Shown: positions 8,758-18,353, counted from the first letter of the stretch. The stretch: 64,000 nucleotides of DNA from Candidatus Magasanikiibacteriota bacterium (GCA_014729395.1 WJJZ01000010.1:92544-156543); one strand, 5' to 3'. Translations and numbers: made by a program. The notes: generated from the letters alone by a model not told the origin.

Positions 8758-9420
8758 TTATTTTTTTACCACCTCTGTTTCCTTTGAACTGTTTACCAAT
8801 ACTGCATTTGGCTGGGAATATTCCATCTGCCACCAACCTTTCAGCCTGGCAAGCATTTCTCTAAAATTTGTACCCCATATTATATCGCCAAAACTCAACT
8901 CTTCCAAGTCTGCCGGATATCCCACGGTTCTTATTTTTTGATTATTACAAAAAAAAAGTATTCGAGGCAAATGAAAACTCTGGGATACGGCAATTACATG
9001 AGTCAAATTATATTCTTCACGAGCTCTCAAACAACTTGAGTAAGTATTAAAACTGGCCGGATCTATCATAATATCTTCCGCATTTACACCCAAATTGATA
9101 GCATAATTCCGCATTGGCGTTATTTCATCAAAACGCATAGATCCGTCATCACCCGTCATAAATATTTTTTTTACTTTTCCTACTTTATAAAGCTCCACAC
9201 CCCTTCTAACTCTTTCCGCCAGCATTTCCGTCATAGCTCCGTTTTTATCAACTCCACCGCCAAAAACCATGGCGATCGGTGCATTCTCTATTTCAACTAT
9301 AGAATCATAAATAAAAACATTGAAAGAACTGACAAGTAAATTCGCATATACAAATATACCAAAAACTACGATTAATGTACTAACCGTTAATAAATATAAA
9401 GCTCTTAGAACTATTCTCAT
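8758..9420 (-). CDS. DUF218/SanA (YdcF/ElyC) family membrane-associated protein
   Basis: N-terminal TM segment, then a DUF218-like core (IAMVFGGG...IFMTGDDG...HVIAVSQSFHLPR). Confidence 0.7.
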   Translation of the reverse strand: MRIVLRALYLLTVSTLIVVFGIFVYANLLVSSFNVFIYDSIVEIENAPIAMVFGGGVDKNGAMTEMLAERVRRGVELYKVGKVKKIFMTGDDGSMRFDEITPMRNYAINLGVNAEDIMIDPASFNTYSSCLRAREEYNLTHVIAVSQSFHLPRILFFCNNQKIRTVGYPADLEELSFGDIIWGTNFREMLARLKGWWQMEYSQPNAVLVNSSKETEVVKK

Positions 9421-9463
9421 AATAAGCTATAGATAGTATAGCAAATATGAAAGATAAAAAAAA

Positions 9464-11515
9464 TTATTTATTGTTTTTTGAAGACATTTTTTTTAACTCT
9501 GATATTTCGTCTCGAAGTATTGCTGCAAATTCAAATTCCAAATTCTTAGCTGCTTCTTTCATCTTATGTTCCTTGTCTTTAATTATTTCCGACACCGGTC
9601 GATCATCGCCGGTCAAATCAAGTTGTAACAATTTTTTGTTTTTGCTTGTTTTGCCTGATAATTTAAGTTTTTTTGATGATATACCAAACTCCTCCAAAAT
9701 GTTCCTAATATTTTTTTCTATTGTTTTTGGCGTAATGCCATGTTTTTTGTTAAATGCCAATTGTTTTTTTCTTCTTCTGTTTGTCTCTTTGATAGCCCTA
9801 TCCACGGAACCGGTAATATTATCAGCGTACAAAACCACTTGTCCGTTTACATTTCTGGCCGCCCTGCCAATGGTTTGAACAAGACTGGTTTCACTGCGCA
9901 AAAAACCTTCTTTATCAGCATCCAATATCGCTACCAGAGAAACCTCCGGAATATCCAAACCTTCTCTCAATAAATTAACTCCCACAATTACATCAATTTT
10001 ACCCGCGCGAAGATCATTTATAGTCTGAATGCGTTCCAATGTTTTTATATCACTATGCAAGTACTTGACCTTAATTTTCATTTCTTTCAAATAGTCACTT
10101 AAATCCTCAGCCATTTTTTTGGTTAATGTTGTTACCAAAATCCTTTCCTTCTGATTTACTCGTTCATCAATTCGCTCCATTAAATCCTCAACCTGTGATT
10201 TATTCTTGCCCTTCTTTTCCGTAACCGGACGAATAATAACTTCCGGATCCACCAAACCGGTTGGGCGAACGATTTGTTCTGCCACCTGATCGCTATTTTT
10301 TATCTCATATTCAGATGGGGTGGCCGAAACATAGATCGTCTGCTCTACTCTACTCTCAAATTCATCAAATTTTAAGGGTCGATTATCTCGTGCGCTTGGT
10401 AATCTGAAGCCGTGTTCTACAAGTGTATCCTTTCTGGCTTTATCTCCATTATACATGCCTCTTATCTGCGGCACCGTAACATGTGACTCATCAATAACTG
10501 TCAAAAAAGCCTGTTCTTTTTCACTTATTCCGTGAACAAAGTAATCCAATAATGTAAACGGTGGCTCACCGGGTTCCCTGCCGTCAAAATGACGAGAGTA
10601 ATTTTCAATGCCGTTACAATAGCCGATATTATTAATCATTTCCAAATCATATCGAACTCGTCTTTTTAGTCTCTCATATTCCAGAACTTTTCCTTTTTTC
10701 TTGAACAGCTCCAATTGTTTTTTTAATTCCGCTTTTATGCTTTCAAAAGCTCTTTTTCTCAATTCACCTCGCACAACATAGTGTTTAGCCGGAAAAATCC
10801 AAATATCACTTTGCTGACGAATAACTTTTCTGGTGATGGGGTCTATTTGTTCAATCAGATCAATCTTTTTACTAATTTCAAATCTGTAAATTTTGTCTTC
10901 GTTTACGGGCATAATTTCAAAAACTTGACCACGCATTCTAAAAGTACCGCGCCTCAAGTCAGCGCTGGTTCTCTCAAACTGCATATCAATTAACTTTTCC
11001 AGCATACCCCGTCTATCCAAACTTGCTCCCTTTTCCAAATGTAGTACAAACTTTTCATATTCACCCGGAGACCCCAAGCCATAGATGGCTGACACCGAAG
11101 CGACTATTATTACATCACGCCGAGTAAGTAGAGCTTGTGTGCAAGCATGACGAAGCCTATCAATTTCTTCATTTATTTGAGCCTCTTTTTCAATATAGGT
11201 ATCTGAATTTGGTATATATGCTTCCGGTTGGTAATAATCATAATAAGAAACAAAATACTCAACAGCGTTATCGGGAAAAAATTCTCTGAATTCATTACAA
11301 AGTTGGGCGGCTAAAGTTTTATTGTGTGCGATTACCAGTGTCGGTTTCTGAATAGCTTCAATTACATTGGCAATAGTAAAAGTCTTTCCGGATCCCGTTA
11401 CCCCAAGTAAAGTTTGCTTATCATATTTTTTTTGTAAACCGGAAACAAGCGACTTGATTGCTTTGGGTTGGTCACCGGCCGGTTTGTATTTTGATTGTAG
11501 TTTAAATTTGTTCAT
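9464..11515 (-). CDS. uvrB: Excinuclease ABC subunit B (UvrB)
   Basis: Helicase motifs (GVTGSGKTFT and DESH), a UvrB beta-hairpin region and a C-terminal UVR domain (EFEFAAILRDEISELKK). Confidence 0.95.
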   Translation of the reverse strand: MNKFKLQSKYKPAGDQPKAIKSLVSGLQKKYDKQTLLGVTGSGKTFTIANVIEAIQKPTLVIAHNKTLAAQLCNEFREFFPDNAVEYFVSYYDYYQPEAYIPNSDTYIEKEAQINEEIDRLRHACTQALLTRRDVIIVASVSAIYGLGSPGEYEKFVLHLEKGASLDRRGMLEKLIDMQFERTSADLRRGTFRMRGQVFEIMPVNEDKIYRFEISKKIDLIEQIDPITRKVIRQQSDIWIFPAKHYVVRGELRKRAFESIKAELKKQLELFKKKGKVLEYERLKRRVRYDLEMINNIGYCNGIENYSRHFDGREPGEPPFTLLDYFVHGISEKEQAFLTVIDESHVTVPQIRGMYNGDKARKDTLVEHGFRLPSARDNRPLKFDEFESRVEQTIYVSATPSEYEIKNSDQVAEQIVRPTGLVDPEVIIRPVTEKKGKNKSQVEDLMERIDERVNQKERILVTTLTKKMAEDLSDYLKEMKIKVKYLHSDIKTLERIQTINDLRAGKIDVIVGVNLLREGLDIPEVSLVAILDADKEGFLRSETSLVQTIGRAARNVNGQVVLYADNITGSVDRAIKETNRRRKKQLAFNKKHGITPKTIEKNIRNILEEFGISSKKLKLSGKTSKNKKLLQLDLTGDDRPVSEIIKDKEHKMKEAAKNLEFEFAAILRDEISELKKMSSKNNK

Positions 11516-11623
11516 AGTTGTAGAGTTGTAAGTTTTTTTTGTTTAAAAAATTACTTACAACTATTTTCCCTAAATTTAGCCAAATCTAACAATCCAATTC
11601 TACCATGCTCTTGACAATGAAGC

Positions 11624-11652
11624 AAATTATATATAAACTTAATTTATCCCAA
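11624..11652 (+). promoter_or_regulatory. Sigma70-like promoter (TTGACA with an AT-rich -10) at the start of the ORF-free segment
   Basis: TTGACA at 11624-11629, with TATATA/TATAAA 15-17 nt downstream. Confidence 0.35.
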
Positions 11653-12770
11653 CAAGGATGTTGGTGCGCTTTGCAAGTCCTCAATGAGGAGGAGCAAACA
11701 GAACTGAACTCTCATGTTCTCCAAACCAGATACATCAAAAAAGTGGTCCTCTTACGAGGACGCGCAACACAGAATCAGTGTTTGGAACATAAGAGGGATA
11801 AGTCTGGCACTAACATCCTTCTTTTTTTTGTCAGTGCACAGTTCTCAGTTCACAGCCATCACTTGACGACTTTTTTTATACTTGATAAGATTAATCTTGC
11901 CGCTAGAGAAAAAGGCATGAGTGGCAATCGACAATTGTAGACGTTTAATTCGTCACAAAAATCGATTCAAACTTCTGGAAAGTTCGAGACTTTTAGTCAC
12001 GGATACTCTGGAAAAAGCTCATGAAAAAAACTCCAGTGGCACACGGGATGAGACATGTTTTTCACAATATCCAGGCGGTTGATCTGCCGGTGAGTGATAA
12101 ACGAACTTTAAAACGTTTTGATGTGTAGAAATAATTGGAGTCTAAGGTAAACCAACTAAAGACTCGATGTGTAGACACGCTAAAAATCGTGGAAACAATC
12201 GGTGCTGAGCATCGACTGATAACAAACGGTGGGTGCGAACGAGATCTTTGATCAAGTTCAAGCAAGTGTCTGTACAACAATTATGAAACGTGTCAGCTGG
12301 TGAACAGCTCACATGAGGTGAAACATACTCACGCGAAAAGTTCACACACTTTCAAGCGGAAAGTCAGTAGATTGGTAAAACCTTAGTGTTGCACCAAAAT
12401 CAACTTTCACAAATGAAAGAGCTGTCTGACAAGCACATCCAGAAGATATTACTTTAGAGAAACTTTCTTCCAAGATGAAAATCTTGGACTTTGCCTGAAT
12501 GGGTAAGTTGTAGAAAGTAAATCGAGAGTGAAAATCCGAAGGATTTGTAAAAAGATAGCGTGATCTGATGACCATCTCTAATCATCTGAGTAACAACGAA
12601 GATGAATCGTGGAAACACGATAAAGATAGGTCAAAAGTTTGCTTTCATAGAGAGTTGAATTCTGCTGAACAGGAAGCAAAAAGTAAACCGGGTAAAACTG
12701 GTTGAAAAAGAAAGTGTAAAGCAAAAAACGTTTAAGAGGTTTGTGCATGTCCATCCCTCTTTTTTTTATT
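11650..12770 (+). ncRNA. Candidate large non-coding RNA or decayed island: about 1.1 kb with no ORF over 111 aa on either strand, elevated GC, a purine-rich plus strand and internal repeats (aatcgtggaaaca twice)
   Basis: The six-frame track has only short ORFs here. Composition differs markedly from the flanking AT-rich genes. An upstream promoter is present, and a weak hairpin plus T tract lies near 12740-12770. The family is not recognised. Confidence 0.3.
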
Positions 12771-13229
12771 CAAAAAATATAATATAATGAACTCTAGACG
12801 CTGTGTCGGCCGGTCATCAATAATCGGTCGCAAGGAACCAACTTGTTCTTACCTGCCATGAAACCCGTATAACACGAGGTTTCTTTTGTAAAGAAATCTA
12901 CACTTACTCGAAGTCCGGTGGTGGGAAAAGAAACAAGAAGGAGGCCTAAACGCAGCGTCCTTTTTTAATTCCAATTAACAAGAGGATGGTTTAAAGTATT
13001 AGCTAAAGTAGAATGTTGCCGCTGCAAAAACAAGTAGAACAAGCACTAATACCACAAGCGCCCTATCCTTGAACCTCTTTCTGAATACCAATTCAAAAGG
13101 TATGTAAAGTATTAGATAAAAGAGAACAATTCCAAACAGTAGACATATGATATAGATTGAGGTTGTTTTTTAATAAGAATTACACACACCATTTTATAAT
13201 TTTTTTATACAAATTTTAACTTACCTCTA

Positions 13230-13257
13230 TTGACATTTTGTTTATTCTTAGTATAAT
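13230..13257 (+). promoter_or_regulatory. Consensus sigma70 promoter (TTGACA-16-TATAAT) driving a short transcript
   Basis: TTGACA at 13230-13235 and TATAAT at 13252-13257. Confidence 0.6.
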
Positions 13258-13263
13258 TAATTT

Positions 13264-13336
13264 AATGATAAGTTAAGTTGCGAGAATCCAATATCCGCTC
13301 CGAATTTCAGAACTCCCTTTTGGGGGGTTCTTTTTT
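13264..13336 (+). ncRNA. Candidate roughly 70-nt sRNA whose 5' 15 nt are perfectly complementary to the anticodon arm of the adjacent tRNA-like gene
   Basis: Bounded by the consensus promoter and an intrinsic terminator (GAACTCCC/GGGGGGTTC stem plus TTTTTT at 13310-13336). Positions 13264-13278 (AATGATAAGTTAAGT) are the reverse complement of 13440-13454. Beyond that, the transcript is a diverged inverted copy of the tRNA-like 5' half. Confidence 0.35.
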
Positions 13337-13415
13337 AATAAAAATTTATCTATATTTTATAAAAAATTTGTTTTTCATTAATCATCTACTTTATATAATT
13401 AATTCGGCGGTACGG

Positions 13416-13489
13416 GGGCGGAGAGCGGATGGCTCCGCGACTTAACTTATCATTTAAGTTTCTGGGGTTCGATTCCCCCTCCGTCCACC
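13416..13489 (+). tRNA. tRNA-like gene with a canonical acceptor stem, D arm and T arm but an aberrant anticodon arm (6-bp stem, 8-nt loop); CCA not fully encoded
   Basis: Acceptor GGGCGGA/TCCGTCC includes a G3:U70 pair. D-stem is GCGG/CCGC with GG in the loop. T arm is GGGG-TTCGATT-CCCC. Discriminator A is followed by CC. Anticodon arm is ACTTAA-CTTATCAT-TTAAGT. An upstream TATAAT sits at 13394-13399. Confidence 0.45.
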
Positions 13490-13498
13490 GTCTAATTC

Positions 13499-14851
13499 TT
13501 AAACCTCAACTTCCTCCTCGTACTCCGGCACATAGCTCTCTACCCCAAGAGCTTCTTTTATTTTATGAGCTAATTCAGTTACACCGTTCGGTTCACCATG
13601 AACACAATATACTTTTTTAGGTGCTTTGGTACCACTGTTTACCCAATTTACCAACTTTGTTTGATCTCCATGGGCTGATAAAGCTCCGATCGCTTTGATT
13701 TCACATTTTACACCCACATCTTGGCCAAAAATTTTTACTTTTTCGGCTCCTTCATACAGCCTTCTTCCCAAAGTACCATTCGCCTGATAACCGACAATAA
13801 TCAGAGTGGAATTGGAATCAGACAAATATCTGATTGCGTGATGCAAAATCCTACCACCATTCATCATTCCGGATCCCGCTATAACCACCTTTGGTCCTTT
13901 TTTTCTGTTAATTTTTTTTGACTCTTCTTTGGTATAAGTCATTTTTAAATTTGGAAATTCAAAAAAATCATCACCGGCTTTGTGCAAACACATAGCTTTT
14001 TGGTCATAGTATGATGGAAACTTTTTGTATACTTTTGTAGCGTCTATCGCCAATGGACTATCCAAATATATGGGAACATTTGGTAAAAGATTATCATGTT
14101 CAATCAATAAATTAAGCTCATAAAGCAGTTCTTGAGTTCTTTCAAGTGAAAAAGCCGGAATCATAATGGTACCACCCTTTTGAATACCCCTTTTCAAGAG
14201 ACCATGTATTATGCTCCGTCTGGTATCAATATCTTCATGCAATCTATCACCATATGTAGATTCTACAAGTAAAACATCCAATTCGTCTAAATTTTGCGTA
14301 TCCCTCAAAATCGGTACATTTTCATTTCCTATGTCACCGGAAAAGCCGATCTTTTTACCGCTTACCTCCACCTCTATAAAAGCGGCACCAAATATATGTC
14401 CCGCGTCTTTCCAAACAGCAAAAATATTATCTTCAATTTTAATCTTTTTATTATATTTTACACCTTTGCAATGCGATATGGCTTCTGCCACATCATTTTC
14501 ATCAAATAAAATTGGAGTATTATATTTTCTATGATTGTATTTCATAATACCATAAGCATCCTCCCATATCAGCTTGGCAAATTCACAGGTTGCCTCAGTC
14601 ATGTATATAGCTCCTGTAAAACCCTCTTTTATTAGTTTTGGTATCCTACCTATATGATCTAGATGAGCATGGGTTACCAACACAAAATCAATATCTTTTG
14701 GGTCAAATGGAAAATCATCATGATTTCGTCCTTCGTTAAAATTTGATCCTTGAAACATCCCACAATCAACCAAAAACCGATTATTACTGGTTTTTACCAA
14801 ATGACAAGAACCGGTTACTTCTCGATCTGCTCCACAAAATTTTATTTGCAT
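13499..14851 (-). CDS. MBL-fold beta-CASP ribonuclease (RNase J / CPSF-like RNA-processing exonuclease)
   Basis: Metallo-beta-lactamase HxHxDH motif (THAHLDHIG), followed by beta-CASP and RNA-specificity regions. 450 aa. Confidence 0.85.
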   Translation of the reverse strand: MQIKFCGADREVTGSCHLVKTSNNRFLVDCGMFQGSNFNEGRNHDDFPFDPKDIDFVLVTHAHLDHIGRIPKLIKEGFTGAIYMTEATCEFAKLIWEDAYGIMKYNHRKYNTPILFDENDVAEAISHCKGVKYNKKIKIEDNIFAVWKDAGHIFGAAFIEVEVSGKKIGFSGDIGNENVPILRDTQNLDELDVLLVESTYGDRLHEDIDTRRSIIHGLLKRGIQKGGTIMIPAFSLERTQELLYELNLLIEHDNLLPNVPIYLDSPLAIDATKVYKKFPSYYDQKAMCLHKAGDDFFEFPNLKMTYTKEESKKINRKKGPKVVIAGSGMMNGGRILHHAIRYLSDSNSTLIIVGYQANGTLGRRLYEGAEKVKIFGQDVGVKCEIKAIGALSAHGDQTKLVNWVNSGTKAPKKVYCVHGEPNGVTELAHKIKEALGVESYVPEYEEEVEV

Positions 14852-15036
14852 ATTTTGTACTATAATTAAATAATTTTACCATAACTAGACAAAAATTATT
14901 GTAAAATATTTGTATAATTATAGTTTAATTATTGTACTTAATACTTTGTATTCTACACTCTCATGACAAAAAATTAAATAGCAAAAAATAGAGATGACAA
15001 AATCACCCAATCTTGCTATAATGACAACAATCTTAT

Positions 15037-15705
15037 ATGAGTAGAAAAACTGAAGATATTGAAATCCAAGAGCCGCCTATTGAAGAGTTAAAAAAGCAGC
15101 GTTCCTGCTTGAAAAGAACTTGCTTTACAGGCTGCGGGTGTTTTTTTATATTTATAGTAATTTTTCTATTATTACTAAGATTTGCAGCCGGAAGCGGAAC
15201 TGAAAAACTGGAAACTGTTCCTGACAACTATCCTTTGGATATACCGATATATGATGAAGAAAATATTGAGTCTATAATATACACACACGGTCAAGGACGA
15301 GGACGAATTGTTGAAATTGCCGCCTTTATACCAAAACTTGTCCTTTCGCCAATTTTATTGGCTCTCGATGAATATGAACTTGTACCGATAAGCCAAGAAG
15401 AGCGTGAAGGCGCAAAAGGCTTTACATGGGAAAATTTTGTTAAGTTAATGAATGAACCCATGGCTGACAAGCGTGATCAACTGGAAATTTCTTGGCATGA
15501 ATTACCGGCTTCAAAAAAATTTATATTTGAATATTATAAAAATAAACTTAATAAAAACGATTTTAGCATAAAAGAATCAAAGATAACGGAACAGATTAAA
15601 AAAATAGGATTTAGTAAAAAAAATCTGGATGGTGAGTTGATAATCGAGGATAATCCAGATACCGAAGGCACTGATTTAATTATATTAAAAATTATTTTTC
15701 CATAA
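15037..15705 (+). CDS. Hypothetical membrane protein
   Basis: 222-aa ORF with one TM segment (CFFIFIVIFLLLL). An extended -10 (TGCTATAAT) lies upstream. Confidence 0.5.
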   Translation: MSRKTEDIEIQEPPIEELKKQRSCLKRTCFTGCGCFFIFIVIFLLLLRFAAGSGTEKLETVPDNYPLDIPIYDEENIESIIYTHGQGRGRIVEIAAFIPKLVLSPILLALDEYELVPISQEEREGAKGFTWENFVKLMNEPMADKRDQLEISWHELPASKKFIFEYYKNKLNKNDFSIKESKITEQIKKIGFSKKNLDGELIIEDNPDTEGTDLIILKIIFP

Positions 15706-15714
15706 TAAAGTTAT

Positions 15715-16635
15715 ATGTCCATCAAAATTATTAAAGAAAAAAAACTCACCTGGATCAATATTGATAAAGTGGACCAAAAAGCAATTGACTATCTGAATCA
15801 GAATTATAATTTCCATCATTTGGACATCGAAGATATTAAAGGTGACAGTCAAACGCCAAAAATAGACGTTTATAAAAACTATTTGTTTATTGTATTACAA
15901 TTTCCACATTGGCATGCAAAGACAAAAACAGTTATTCCCGTAGAAATAGATATATTTGTAGGAGACGATTTTCTAATTACAGTTCAACATACAAAAACAA
16001 AAGAAATGAAAAATTTCTTTTACAGATGTATGAAAAATAAAAAAGTTAAAGCTGACTGGATGAGTAATAGTTCGGGATATCTGCTATATAAATTAATTGA
16101 ATCATTATACAGAAATACTCAACCAATTTTAGACAATATAGGAAAAAAGATTTACGAACTTGAAGATGACATCTACGGTAATGAACAAGATGCGAAAACT
16201 ATCAAACTTCTAGCCATTCATCGTCGCAACATACTTAATTTTAGACGTATTTTGGACCCGCAACGCTATTTGATTTCCAGTCTATCTCACACCAGAAAAA
16301 CTTTCTTGGATGAATCAATGAGTATATACTTTGACGATGTAAACGACTATCTTAGTAAGTTATGGGCAATTATTGATACCTACAAAGATACGATAAACGG
16401 CCTCCATGTGACTGTTGAATCACTGATTAATCAAAGAACTACAAAAGTAATCAGTGCGTTGACGGTCATTTCAGTATCTCTTTTACCATTAACCCTTTTG
16501 TCAGGCATATATGGAATGAATATAGCTAACCTACCCTTCAACCAAAATCCGATCTGGGTTTGGTTAATGTTCTTGGGTCTGGCAACTGTTATCGTTATTG
16601 TAATTATAATAATGAGAAAAAGACGCTGGCTATAA
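15715..16635 (+). CDS. corA: CorA-family Mg2+/Co2+ transporter
   Basis: Two C-terminal TM helices with the YGMN signature (GIYGMNIANLP). 306 aa. Confidence 0.85.
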   Translation: MSIKIIKEKKLTWINIDKVDQKAIDYLNQNYNFHHLDIEDIKGDSQTPKIDVYKNYLFIVLQFPHWHAKTKTVIPVEIDIFVGDDFLITVQHTKTKEMKNFFYRCMKNKKVKADWMSNSSGYLLYKLIESLYRNTQPILDNIGKKIYELEDDIYGNEQDAKTIKLLAIHRRNILNFRRILDPQRYLISSLSHTRKTFLDESMSIYFDDVNDYLSKLWAIIDTYKDTINGLHVTVESLINQRTTKVISALTVISVSLLPLTLLSGIYGMNIANLPFNQNPIWVWLMFLGLATVIVIVIIIMRKRRWL

Positions 16636-16639
16636 AACC

Positions 16640-16735
16640 GTTCTCAGTTCACAGTTCTCAGTCATCAGACATTGTTGACACTTAGATATATAGCATTATA
16701 CTTTTACTGACTGTGAACTGCGGACTGTGAACTGC
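16640..16735. repeat. Imperfect inverted repeat built from CAGTTCACAG units, enclosing a promoter-like TTGACA...TATACT upstream of murJ; a partial homologous copy lies at 11841-11875
   Basis: Left arm is cagttcacagttctcagtcatcag. Right arm is ctgactgtgaactgcggactgtgaactg. TTGACA sits at 16683-16688. The segment 11841-11875 aligns at roughly 75% identity and includes its own TTGAC. Confidence 0.5.
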
Positions 16736-16739
16736 AAAT

Positions 16740-18353
16740 ATGATCCGAAAAATTATCAACAACCAAACAAAAACCGTGACCGGCGCCGCAATAGTAATCG
16801 GTGCCGCTTCTTTTGTTAGTAAAATCATGGCGGTTGCCAGAGATCGTATTTTTGCCCATCAATTTGGTGCTGATGAAGTTTTGGATATTTATTTTGCCGC
16901 CTTTCGCATTCCGGATACGGTATACAATCTTTTGGTGATTGGTGCTTTATCTGCCGGTTTTATCCCCGTTTTTACAAAATTGGTGGTAAAGGACAGACAG
17001 GAAGCCTGGAAAATAACCAATAGTATGATAAATATAATAGGTTTATCGATTATTGGAATCTGTACAATTCTTTATTTTTTTACACCACAGCTGGTAAAAA
17101 TTATTGTCCCCGGTTTTGGTCCTGAAGAAATCAAGCAAACTGTTATGCTAACCAGAATTATGTTTTTAAGTCCTTTTCTGCTAGGTCTTAGTAGTGTTAT
17201 CAGTGGAGCGCTTCAATCTTTAAAATCTTTTTTTGTTTATTCATTAACTCCGATAATGTACAATTTCGGTATTATTTTTGGCGCACTTGCACTAGTACCT
17301 TTTTTTGGAATTAAGGGTTTGGCATTCGGAGTTATTATAGGAGCCATACTTCATCTTACCATACAATTACCGACTATAGTTCATCACGGATTTAAATATA
17401 AATTTATTTTCAATTTGAAAAATAAACATGTTAAAGAAATCGGTAAATTGATGATTCCACGAACAATGGGACTTGCCGTCCACCAAGTAAATTGGTTGGT
17501 AATGACAATGCTTGCGTCAACTTTGGCAGCCGGTAGTATTGCCGTATTCAACTATGCCAATAATTTGCAGTTTTTTCCTGTCAGTATAATCGGCATTTCT
17601 TTTGCTTTAGCTGCATTTCCCACCCTATCTAAATTGGCGGCGGAAGGTAATATAAAAAAAATAAGTTTGCAAATATCCGGTGCCGTGAGACAAATACTAT
17701 TTTTTATTATCCCGATTATGGTTATTTTTATGCTTTTACGCGCTCAGATAGTACGTATCGTACTGGGTACCGGACAATTTGACTGGCAGGATACAATACT
17801 AACCATGAATACACTGGCATTTTTTGCATTATCATTATTTGCCCAATGTATCATACCTCTTTTAGCCAGAGGTTTTTATGCTCTCCATGATACATGGACT
17901 CCTTTTTTTATCGGTATTATAAGCGCAATAGTAAACATCGTTCTCGGAGTGTTACTAAAACAATACTTGGGTGTAGTCGGACTGGCTTTTGCCCTATCTA
18001 TTTCAATGATTATTCAGTTGGTACTCCTTTGGGTATTACTTAGGATAAAAATTGGCGGTTTGAATGAATTATCAATTCTGCAATCGATATATAAAATTTC
18101 CATTGCCGCAATTGTTATGGCTCTTGTTATACAACTGATTAAACCACCTCTTGCCGATATGGTAAATATGACAAAATTTTGGGGCATCTTAATACAAGGA
18201 ATGATATCGGGAGCAATCGGAACTTTGATTTATTTGTCAATTTGTTATATTTTAAAACTCAAAGAAATAAAACTACTCTCTTCCAGCATGAAAAAGAAAT
18301 TTTTAAGAGTTAAAAATGTTCAAGGAGAAGTTGGAAGCGCTGATGAAATTTAA
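16740..18353 (+). CDS. murJ: Lipid II flippase MurJ (MviN)
   Basis: Polytopic membrane protein with 537 aa and a conserved N-terminal region (VARDRIFAHQFGA...LDIYFAAFRIPD). Confidence 0.9.
   Translation: MIRKIINNQTKTVTGAAIVIGAASFVSKIMAVARDRIFAHQFGADEVLDIYFAAFRIPDTVYNLLVIGALSAGFIPVFTKLVVKDRQEAWKITNSMINIIGLSIIGICTILYFFTPQLVKIIVPGFGPEEIKQTVMLTRIMFLSPFLLGLSSVISGALQSLKSFFVYSLTPIMYNFGIIFGALALVPFFGIKGLAFGVIIGAILHLTIQLPTIVHHGFKYKFIFNLKNKHVKEIGKLMIPRTMGLAVHQVNWLVMTMLASTLAAGSIAVFNYANNLQFFPVSIIGISFALAAFPTLSKLAAEGNIKKISLQISGAVRQILFFIIPIMVIFMLLRAQIVRIVLGTGQFDWQDTILTMNTLAFFALSLFAQCIIPLLARGFYALHDTWTPFFIGIISAIVNIVLGVLLKQYLGVVGLAFALSISMIIQLVLLWVLLRIKIGGLNELSILQSIYKISIAAIVMALVIQLIKPPLADMVNMTKFWGILIQGMISGAIGTLIYLSICYILKLKEIKLLSSSMKKKFLRVKNVQGEVGSADEI

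Noticed and set aside
11605-11940. 111-aa plus-strand ORF at the start of the ORF-free segment.
   Set aside because: It starts inside the TTGACA promoter, has no RBS and lies within a compositionally non-coding region. Likely spurious.
13009-13100. Minus-strand 30-codon hydrophobic peptide (LVFRKRFKDRALVVLVLVLLVFAAATFYFS) that could be a type I toxin with an antisense RNA.
   Set aside because: No ATG start (only TTG/GTG), no RBS and no evident antisense promoter. A chance hydrophobic ORF in AT/GT-rich sequence is equally likely.
13416-13489. Possible tmRNA (ssrA): a G3:U70 pair and a GGGG-UUCGAUU-CCCC T arm ending in ...CUCCGUCCACC resemble the tmRNA tRNA-like domain.
   Set aside because: The 5' and 3' acceptor strands are only about 60 nt apart, with a tRNA-style D arm and anticodon-arm analogue between them. 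There is no room for the mRNA-like tag ORF or pseudoknots, and the upstream 1.7 kb shows no tmRNA 5' signature. It is better described as a tRNA-like element.
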